Assembly (NCBI GenBank): GCA_964645485.1 | Contig: CAZXZO010000002.1 | Span: 138,312-151,766, forward strand | Source of the DNA: an uncultured Candidatus Poseidoniales archaeon | GTDB taxonomy: Archaea; Thermoplasmatota; Poseidoniia; Poseidoniales; Thalassarchaeaceae | Direction: 5' to 3' | DNA length: 13,455 bases | Shown here: positions 1-6,453 of the stretch, piece by piece | How positions within the stretch are numbered: the first letter of the stretch is position 1 | Layout of the letters: every line of letters begins with the position of its first letter | Notes under the pieces: generated by a model | The model's database searches: none | Seen by the model: only the letters and a program-made list of their open reading frames with translations | What the model was told of the DNA's origin: nothing | Program-made: the position numbers and the translations under genes

Positions 1-6
1 GACCAT
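1..6 (-). CDS. Possible 5' end of a further operon gene (ATG GTC...), running off the left edge
   Basis: Minus strand reads TGA(27-25)-agcaatcgccgatAGGAc-ATG(6-4)-GTC. The ATG is 18 nt after the upstream stop and is preceded by AGGA. Only two codons are visible. Confidence 0.3.
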
Positions 7-24
7 GTCCTATCGGCGATTGCT

Positions 25-588
25 TCAGTTTTCACGGCCATAAGCGGCTAAAGCCGCCTGAAACAATCTTTGACGCGGTACATCATGTTCTAAGAAACAG
101 GTAAATGGGGCTAATTCCTTTACTAGTTCAATACTAGAAATGTATGCCCCATATACGAAGGCATCTACATTCTCAGACCCAGGAATCTCAAAGCCCAATT
201 TTGCAAGTCCTTTTCGTGTGTCCTCATCCCAAATTGTGTAGGTGTGGTGCATGAAGTGTAGGTAGCCAGATATTCTTTTCATGTCTGAACCTGCATCACT
301 AGAGAGACTCTCAAGAAGAAGCGTGTCAGGGTAACGAATTGCGTAGAGCATGAGCATCACCTCACGGTCCACCTCTTTTCTCCAAGACCGAGGCTCGTGC
401 CCCATCCACTCATCAATCATGTCCAACATGTTCTCGGAATAAGGCCTGTAAACACGATACAATAATTCTTCATATCCTGCATCATTTTGAGAAGAATGAT
501 GGTGGTGTGCCGCGAATAATTCCGGTACACGTTCGAAGAACGGTCTCAACTTTTCCCGATTTACATTCAGCAGGGCGAATGCCTGCAT
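25..588 (-). CDS. Hypothetical protein (187 aa), translationally coupled to the boxB-like gene
   Basis: The track start at 648 overlaps boxB. A better start is ATG 588, preceded by GAGGTGG overlapping the boxB stop (TGAGGTGGTAGATATG). It contains SGYLHFMHHTYTIWDEDTRKGL, loosely resembling the 'LHF..P..YPI.D' segment of HhH-glycosylase-like proteins. Function is unassigned. Confidence 0.8.
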   Translation of the reverse strand: MQAFALLNVNREKLRPFFERVPELFAAHHHHSSQNDAGYEELLYRVYRPYSENMLDMIDEWMGHEPRSWRKEVDREVMLMLYAIRYPDTLLLESLSSDAGSDMKRISGYLHFMHHTYTIWDEDTRKGLAKLGFEIPGSENVDAFVYGAYISSIELVKELAPFTCFLEHDVPRQRLFQAALAAYGREN

Positions 589-590
589 AT

Positions 591-600
591 CTACCACCTC
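591..600 (-). promoter_or_regulatory. Shine-Dalgarno GAGGTGG overlapping the boxB stop codon
   Basis: Minus strand TGAGGTGGTAGAT-ATG(588); matches the archaeal SD consensus GGAGGTGA. Confidence 0.7.
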
Positions 601-1759
601 AGTCCTTCCACTCTCGGTATTGAATCCACTCTTCTTTGAAGTATTCATTGAGTTGTGCTACATCTTCATCGTTAGGCAACTGGTCGTCTAGGTATTGCTC
701 CCAAGCAGCGTCGTCTCCCTCAAATGGTTCCCCTCGGACTGTGGTTCTAATGTCAACATACTTCCCAACGCTGCGGTGGAATTTATCTGATGGAATGAAT
801 AATTCAGGCTGCCCTTCATGACGGCCTTTGTTAATTCTCTCCATCTCTTTTGCGAGTTCATCAAAGTAGTGCATTCTGCTTTCTTCGTTCAGGTGCTCAC
901 GGTCTGCAGGAATTCCTGCCTCTCGTTCATCATATCTACCTTTGATTCCGTAAACATAAGCCCACTGTGCCGATGTTGATTCATCAACGCCAAACAAATC
1001 CAGTCCTGTTGAGACCCATTTGTTCATGTATTTTTGAAGTAGAGAAATTGGTATTACTCCCTGCTTTACAATTCGGCGCAAGCCATTTGCGCCGGTGCCA
1101 AGATGGAATGATTCTTCCTTTAGCATCGGGCCCATGCTTGCAGCAAGTGGTTTGAAAGAAGAAGTACTCAACATTTTGAGTTGGAATTTTCCATCACGGT
1201 CTATGAAATGAGTGAAGCAGAAGAAATCAAGCCAGTTGTCAATTGGTTCATTGAAAGAACCTAAGAGTCGGGGTCTGTCTTCCTCGCCACGAATTGGGTT
1301 TGCAGCAGAGTTACGCTCAAGCAATTTTTGTGCTTCACGAATTCCGTGTTCGCCAAAATAGTTGCAAAGGACATAAGCCATTTGCCAACCATGTCGTTGT
1401 TCTTCGCACATGATTCTGAGGGCTGACTTTCGGTCATACTCAGTTGGTGCGCTGTCGAGTAAATGCCATTGTTGCTCAACACTGCCAAACTCGGTATCAC
1501 CTTGAACGCTAATCATACTGATGATTGCATCACGAACGCTCTGTTGTGGGATTTGCATTCTTCGCTCCCACTTTGGCATTCCCTCGAAATCTCCGAATTC
1601 AATTTCATCTCCAGCACTGTCCCAGTCAAATTTGATATCGAATCTGTAGTCACCAAGCCACGAAGGGTCAAACCCGATTCTTGTTTGCCATTCAGCGAAT
1701 TGTTCAACCCAAGCTTGAAAATTCGGCTCATATTTTTCTACAATTTCTGTGGAACTCAT
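599..1759 (-). CDS. boxB: BoxB-type benzoyl-CoA 2,3-epoxidase-like class I diiron protein (compact, 386 aa)
   Basis: Diiron ligand motifs QGDTE(E90), CEEQRH(E120/H123), DRDGK(D187/D189) and KEESFH(E216/H219). BoxB-specific segments include SVEQQ.HL..AP..YD, YFG..G.REA..LLER, PRLLGSFNE, LQKY.N, DLFG.D.S and GIKGRY. SD AAGGAGAG lies upstream at 1768-1775. Confidence 0.88.
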   Translation of the reverse strand: MSSTEIVEKYEPNFQAWVEQFAEWQTRIGFDPSWLGDYRFDIKFDWDSAGDEIEFGDFEGMPKWERRMQIPQQSVRDAIISMISVQGDTEFGSVEQQWHLLDSAPTEYDRKSALRIMCEEQRHGWQMAYVLCNYFGEHGIREAQKLLERNSAANPIRGEEDRPRLLGSFNEPIDNWLDFFCFTHFIDRDGKFQLKMLSTSSFKPLAASMGPMLKEESFHLGTGANGLRRIVKQGVIPISLLQKYMNKWVSTGLDLFGVDESTSAQWAYVYGIKGRYDEREAGIPADREHLNEESRMHYFDELAKEMERINKGRHEGQPELFIPSDKFHRSVGKYVDIRTTVRGEPFEGDDAAWEQYLDDQLPNDEDVAQLNEYFKEEWIQYREWKD

Positions 1760-1782
1760 GATTTATTCTCTCCTTGATTTAA

Positions 1783-2640
1783 TCAGTTGCCGGTAAAGCG
1801 AGGAGTACGGCGTTCTGTGTACGCCGCAATTCCTTCTTTTGCATCATCACTGTTGAACAATGCTGCTTGCAATTCTCTCTCGAAAGCGAGGTGGTACTCA
1901 AATGGCATTTCTGGTCCTGATTGACAACTACGCTTGATGTTACCAACCGCTTTGGTTGCTTTGTATGGTAGTGTAAATTGGCCGGCCCAGTCAAGAATGT
2001 CTTGTCGGAAGTCAGCAGCGGATCCATCCCAAAGATGGTTGATGAGGTTCAACTCAACACCCTTTTCAAAAGCCAAAAGTTCTCCTGAAACCATGTATTC
2101 AAGGGCTTTTGCTTTGCCAATTAATCGGGTTAAGCGGGCAGTTCCGCCTGTACCAGCAAGAACCCCGAGGTTTATCTCTGGTAGACCCATTTTCCCTGCA
2201 TCTTTGCGAGCGATTCGGATGTCACAAGCCATTGCGATTTCAAGTCCACCACCTACTGCGTGACCATTTAATGCTGCAATTACCAGTTTTGGAGTCTGTT
2301 CTAAACGACTTAGAGTTTCATTTGCGTGGAGACAAAAATTGTACTTGAATCCAGGTGTTACGCTGTTTAGCATGTCGATGCTTGCACCGGCTGAAAAGAA
2401 TTTCTCGCCATGCCCTATCATTACGATAACATGAACATCATCATCAAAACGTGCCTTGACAACTGCTGTGTCGATATCTCTCATCATTTCGTGAGTGTAG
2501 GTATTTGGTCCCATTGCACCTTCTTCCAAAGGAGCGCCAGATGAATCAGACGCGAGTTCAATTATCGCTATTCCATTATCGGTCACACCGTAGTTCACAA
2601 GTTTGTTCGGCATTGCTTCAAGTTCGGGCCAGTTTGTCAT
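1783..2640 (-). CDS. Crotonase-superfamily enzyme corresponding to the N-terminal catalytic domain of BoxC (single domain, 285 aa)
   Basis: Crotonase motifs FSAGASIDML, ALNGHAVGGGLE (E134) and GLPEINLGVLAGTGG (E155). FKYNFCLHANET (C103) matches the BoxC segment WKVNFCKFTNET as recalled. The gene lies 23 nt upstream of boxB on the same strand. Confidence 0.85.
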   Translation of the reverse strand: MTNWPELEAMPNKLVNYGVTDNGIAIIELASDSSGAPLEEGAMGPNTYTHEMMRDIDTAVVKARFDDDVHVIVMIGHGEKFFSAGASIDMLNSVTPGFKYNFCLHANETLSRLEQTPKLVIAALNGHAVGGGLEIAMACDIRIARKDAGKMGLPEINLGVLAGTGGTARLTRLIGKAKALEYMVSGELLAFEKGVELNLINHLWDGSAADFRQDILDWAGQFTLPYKATKAVGNIKRSCQSGPEMPFEYHLAFERELQAALFNSDDAKEGIAAYTERRTPRFTGN

Positions 2641-2685
2641 AGGCTATCGGCCTCGCGACTTGTGCTCAACATATCAATTGTACCC

Positions 2686-2702
2686 CACTCCCATAGGGAG
2701 TG
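2686..2702. promoter_or_regulatory. Perfect inverted repeat CACTCCC-ata-GGGAGTG, candidate operator
   Basis: A 7-bp palindrome with a 3-nt spacer, 46-62 nt upstream of the crotonase ATG. It is followed by an imperfect IR GTGAAGTT...AATTTCAC (2702-2723). Confidence 0.45.
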
Positions 2703-2703
2703 T

Positions 2704-4600
2704 GAAGTTGCGAAAAATTTCACCCGATCTGAATATGATAAATTATCTTACATTCTAAATCTTGCTTTGGACAATTCATAATATACAAGAATTCGCCTCG
2801 ATCATTTATTGCGTCTTTCGATAAAAATCAGTTAGAAAGACATAATTATGAATCACGCTTACCAAATTTATGTGTTTCAGATGTGTTTTAGGAAAAGCAT
2901 TAAATTTTTTCCTTATATTTATAATGGCTTCAAGCATTATTATGATAGTTGGTGGAGTTCAGGATCTCCTTACTATGAACTGAGTTTTGAACTAGACGCC
3001 CAATTAAAAAGAAACAATGATGTAGTTTATTCAACATCACCGGTTTTCAAAACTGAATATGTAGTCATTTGATGTTACGGGGGTGAGTTCATTATTCAAA
3101 ACAAACCATACTTTAATTATTCTATCAAATATAAAGCGACTTTATTTTATTTATTGATTTTTTTCCTTTCAATTTCAATATATATTCAAACCCATTCTTC
3201 AATAAACAATTATGAAGGTAACCCCGATAACGATGGATTTGACTTCAAAATAAATGAGTCTAATCAATCAATTTTGGGAATAGCAGGTGAAGAATTAAAT
3301 TTGTACAGTGAGATGGCTATTGACTCATATGGAAATATTTACACTGCTTACTACAATGAAAACTCATCACAGATTAGTCCATCTAAATCCCTTATTGTAT
3401 CCAAAATAGATAAACATGGAATAATTATTTGGAGTAATAATCTCTCTGTGAAGAGCTTTGGAATGAAAGATATTGAAGTTGATTACAATGGTAATCTGTA
3501 TGTCGCAGGGATTCAATTCGTTGACAACGAAATAATTGAATCTTACCAACAATATTATGACTTAGCCAATGATTGTGTTATAATAAAATACTCAAGTATT
3601 GGTGAATTAAAATGGGTCCAGAGTGTTGGCGACTCTTTGACTGTAGATATTTTTGAAATATCAATTAATCAAAAAAATGACATCTTTGTTGCAGGTTCTT
3701 TTTCCTCTGGGTCAATCACCATCGGCGAAACCGAATTAATTAACCGGAACCTTACAGGAGATACCGCCGATTCCTACATCGCCAAACTGGATGACAGAGG
3801 AAATTGGAATTGGGCAATATCATTTGGTGGTAAGGGACATGAGGGAATTTCGTCAACTTATGTAACAAATAACGGAGAGATATTAATTGGTGGAACTTTT
3901 GATTCAGATTTGATTGTCATAAATGATGAATTTACAATCAAAAGTAATAACTCATATTCTGATTCATTCGTGGGAAAGTTAGATCATTTTGGAAATATAA
4001 TTCATTTCACAACTTTAACTGGACAGGATGATGAGAAGATACTGGACATTAGCGCAGATAACAATGGAGGAGTTGCAGTGGTTGGAACTTTTAGATCTGA
4101 TATTCTGAATTCAGACTGTGGTACAAATATCAGAGGTACAGGGGTTGTAGATTCATATGTGGTAAAATATGATTCAAACCTCAAGTGTGAGTGGGTAAGG
4201 ACATTCTCATCAGATTCCTATACTTTTGCCAATCAAATTGCGATTGATAAAAATCTTGATTCAATCTTTATTGCAGGATTTTATTATGGCGAGCACCTTA
4301 TTATTGGTAATGATATAATCTCGAACCCACATAATGAAGAATGTGTACCCCATATGTCAGATGATTGTTTTGATATCTTTTTAGTACAACTTTCAGAAAC
4401 AGGTGATAATATAGGTGCAATGAGTTTCGGCGGACCGTCAACAGATATTTCTGAGGACCTATTAGTGTCTGAGAATGTGTATCTAACAATGTATTCAAAA
4501 TCTCCAGTCATTAAATTGAATAGTTTTGATTATACGATCAATGAAAGTTTTGATATTTACTTGATTGAGTTTGAAATGGATCAGCAAGAGACTCCAAACT
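2704..4600. other. AT-rich (low-GC) segment, probable horizontally replaced region
   Basis: Hand-counted 60-nt lines: 2641-2700 53% GC, 2701-2760 28%, 3121-3180 18%, 3181-3240 32%, 4501-4560 25%, 4681-4740 47%, 4741-4800 47%. Confidence 0.7.
2848..3072 (+). CDS. Dubious small ORF (74 aa) in the AT-rich segment
   Basis: Listed in the ORF track, with no recognisable motif. A competing 37-aa hydrophobic ORF (2870-2983) overlaps it in another frame. Confidence 0.2.
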   Translation: MNHAYQIYVFQMCFRKSIKFFPYIYNGFKHYYDSWWSSGSPYYELSFELDAQLKRNNDVVYSTSPVFKTEYVVI

Positions 4601-4842
4601 ATTCTGAATTGGCAATTGGAAAAACTGGCGCGGAAATTAAAAGTGTAGCATGGAAATTAGCATTCTCCTTAGCAATTCTGATTACAGTTTGGATAGCAAT
4701 CTTAAATCCGATACCTGAGCACTGGACTGCCGGCATCGGAGACAGTCTGAAGGAAGTGCGAAGGTATGCGCGAACTGAACATCAAACTGAATCAAGACTG
4801 TTCGCGCCGAGATTGGGGCTAGATGAATCGGAAGAGGAATAA
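3154..4842 (+). CDS. Membrane-anchored seven-bladed beta-propeller (SBBP-like repeat) surface protein; true start probably upstream of 3154
   Basis: Seven blades of the type (I/A)xDxxGNxYVAGxF...D(S/I)(Y/F)(I/V)xKxDxxGxxxW, e.g. AIDSYGNIY, VDYNGNLYVAG, INQKNDIFVAGSF, VTNNGEILIGGTF, ADNNGGVAVVGTF, AIDKNLDSIFIAGF and LLVSENVYL. There is an N-terminal hydrophobic stretch and a C-terminal TM helix (VAWKLAFSLAILITVWIAIL). The frame is open back to 3073. Confidence 0.85.
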   Translation: MIFFLSISIYIQTHSSINNYEGNPDNDGFDFKINESNQSILGIAGEELNLYSEMAIDSYGNIYTAYYNENSSQISPSKSLIVSKIDKHGIIIWSNNLSVKSFGMKDIEVDYNGNLYVAGIQFVDNEIIESYQQYYDLANDCVIIKYSSIGELKWVQSVGDSLTVDIFEISINQKNDIFVAGSFSSGSITIGETELINRNLTGDTADSYIAKLDDRGNWNWAISFGGKGHEGISSTYVTNNGEILIGGTFDSDLIVINDEFTIKSNNSYSDSFVGKLDHFGNIIHFTTLTGQDDEKILDISADNNGGVAVVGTFRSDILNSDCGTNIRGTGVVDSYVVKYDSNLKCEWVRTFSSDSYTFANQIAIDKNLDSIFIAGFYYGEHLIIGNDIISNPHNEECVPHMSDDCFDIFLVQLSETGDNIGAMSFGGPSTDISEDLLVSENVYLTMYSKSPVIKLNSFDYTINESFDIYLIEFEMDQQETPNYSELAIGKTGAEIKSVAWKLAFSLAILITVWIAILNPIPEHWTAGIGDSLKEVRRYARTEHQTESRLFAPRLGLDESEEE

Positions 4843-4912
4843 TCCGTAATGAATGTTTATTTCCGCATTACTCAAGGGTGAGTGGCTTGTCCCGAGAGCC
4901 GGAGAGAGGGGT

Positions 4913-6139
4913 ATGCGCGAGGTAGTTGTTGTCTCAGCAGTCCGCACTGCAATTGGTAATCACGGTGGTGCTTTAGCGACAATTAGGCCAGATGATTTAG
5001 CCTCGCTTGTTATCAAAGAGGCTGTAGAGAGAGCAGGAATCAAAGGAGATGAAATTGAAGAAGTCTATTTTGGTTGCACCAATCAAGCCGGTGAAGATAA
5101 TCGAAATGTTGCCCGGATGGCATTACTCCTCGCCGGTTTGCCAACATCTGTTGGAGGGGTCACCTTCAATCGATTATGTGCTTCTGGATTGACTGCGATT
5201 AATGCTGCTGCGAGAGCTATTCGTTGCGGCGAAGGCGATGTCTACGTAGTCGGTGGAGTAGAATCTATGTCGCGGGCCCCATATGTAATGGCAAAACCAG
5301 AGAAGGGGTTTGCTATTGGTAATCCGATGGTGCAAGATACCACTCTAGGTTGGAGGTTTTCAAATCCACAATTAAAGGAGGACTATGGTAATGATGGGAT
5401 GGGTGTTACTGCAGAAAATCTGAGGGAATTATCCACAGTTGATTTGAAGAACACCTCACGAGAATCACAGGACAAATTCGCCCTGAACAGCCATAACAAG
5501 GCGGTTGAAGCGATAGATTCGGGGCGCTTTGATGATGAAATAGTCGCTGTTGAGATACCTCAAAGAAAAGGAGATCCAATAACCTTCGATACTGATGAGA
5601 GGCCTAGGCGTGACAGTACAATGGAAAAGTTGGGTAAATTGAAACCGGCTTTCAAGAAAGGTGGCAGTGTTACTGCTGCTAATTCTAGTGGCATCAATGA
5701 TGGTGCCGCCGCCTTAGTCATGATGAGTGCAGATAAGGCGGCTGAATTGGAGTTAGAACCGATGGCAACTTGGGTAGCAAGTGGCGCTGCGGGTGTTGAA
5801 CCACGAACAATGGGTTGGGGCCCGATTCCAGCGACTAGAAAAGCACTTGAAAGAGCGGATATGAAAATTTCAGACCTTCATTTGGTTGAACTAAACGAGG
5901 CGTTTTCCCTTCAAGCATTAACTTGTATTGATGAACTAGGCCTTAATGAAGAAATAGTCAATGTCAATGGTGGAGCGGTTGCTCTTGGACACCCACTTGG
6001 TTGTTCGGGAGCGAGGATAGTCGTAACCTTACTTCATGAGATGTTGAGAAGGTCAGAAAACCATGATGGTGAAATGAATGGGCTGGCAACTTTATGTGTT
6101 GGTGTAGGTCAAGGCGAAGCAGCAATTTTTCAGCGCTGA
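4913..6139 (+). CDS. pcaF: Acetyl-CoA C-acyltransferase of the PcaF/PaaJ/BoxE (3-oxoadipyl-CoA thiolase) subgroup, 408 aa
   Basis: Catalytic motifs NRLCASG, NEAF, GHPLG and LCVGVG. Subgroup signatures [39 protein letters not shown] and [10 protein letters not shown]. Start moved to ATG 4913 ([12 protein letters not shown]), preceded by GGAGAGAGGGG. Confidence 0.88.
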   Translation: MREVVVVSAVRTAIGNHGGALATIRPDDLASLVIKEAVERAGIKGDEIEEVYFGCTNQAGEDNRNVARMALLLAGLPTSVGGVTFNRLCASGLTAINAAARAIRCGEGDVYVVGGVESMSRAPYVMAKPEKGFAIGNPMVQDTTLGWRFSNPQLKEDYGNDGMGVTAENLRELSTVDLKNTSRESQDKFALNSHNKAVEAIDSGRFDDEIVAVEIPQRKGDPITFDTDERPRRDSTMEKLGKLKPAFKKGGSVTAANSSGINDGAAALVMMSADKAAELELEPMATWVASGAAGVEPRTMGWGPIPATRKALERADMKISDLHLVELNEAFSLQALTCIDELGLNEEIVNVNGGAVALGHPLGCSGARIVVTLLHEMLRRSENHDGEMNGLATLCVGVGQGEAAIFQR

Positions 6140-6227
6140 ACCGCCTGAATACGGGTGCCGAAAAACGGTGTTAGAAACGCTATACGGTACGTTCCCAAAA
6201 CCACTTACTGAATGGCTATTTGTTAGG

Positions 6228-6299
6228 TACGAGCGGCGGGAGTTGAACCCGCGTTCAAGCGTTGGCAACGCCTGGTGATAACCACTACACTACACTCGT
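6228..6299 (-). tRNA. tRNA-Gly (anticodon GCC), no intron, CCA not encoded
   Basis: Minus strand ACGAGTG TA GTGT AGTGGTT ATCAC C AGGCG TTGCCAA CGCTT GAAC GCGGG TTCAACT CCCGC CGCTCGT A. The cloverleaf is complete, the anticodon is at 6264-6266 and the discriminator is A. Confidence 0.95.
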
Positions 6300-6324
6300 G
6301 TCAAGCCTCGCCAACAGCCCCTAC

Positions 6325-6331
6325 TTCATAA
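6325..6331 (-). promoter_or_regulatory. TATA-like box (TTATGAA) for tRNA-Gly
   Basis: Located 26-32 nt upstream of the tRNA 5' end, the canonical archaeal distance. Confidence 0.5.
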
Positions 6332-6362
6332 CCGCTATGTTTCTGCATTAGTGATTTAGACA

Positions 6363-6453
6363 TCAAACTCAAATTCAATATTTACAAACTTCAAAGTTCA
6401 ATCAATTCCTTCAAGTCAAGAACCTCCCTCGGGAGTGTCAAGGAGACAGTCAA
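6363..6453 (+). repeat. Dispersed TCAA tetramer cluster (10 copies) between the divergent tRNA-Gly and alba genes
   Basis: TCAA occurs at 6363, 6369, 6375, 6391, 6398, 6402, 6411, 6416, 6438 and 6450. Confidence 0.55.

Noticed and set aside
589-648. N-terminal extension of the first ORF (track start 648)
   Set aside because: It overlaps the boxB 3' end, and ATG 588 has a strong SD. The track starts at 4853, 10997 and 11038 were likewise replaced by 4913, 10913 and 11092.
599-1759. Phenylacetyl-CoA epoxidase PaaA/PaaC
   Set aside because: Same diiron family, but the QGDTE..SVEQQ, DRDGKFQL and PRLLGSFNE segments follow BoxB, and no paaB/C/D/E genes are adjacent.
6140-6227. Terminator hairpin or ncRNA between the thiolase and tRNA
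   Set aside because: Only a weak CCG-AAAAA-CGG stem, with no convincing structure or U-tract.
25-6228. Box cluster as a tRNA-Gly-integrated island or provirus
   Set aside because: The cluster does lie 3' of the tRNA, but I found no integrase, no duplicated tRNA 3' end (att site) in the window, and the box genes have host-like GC.
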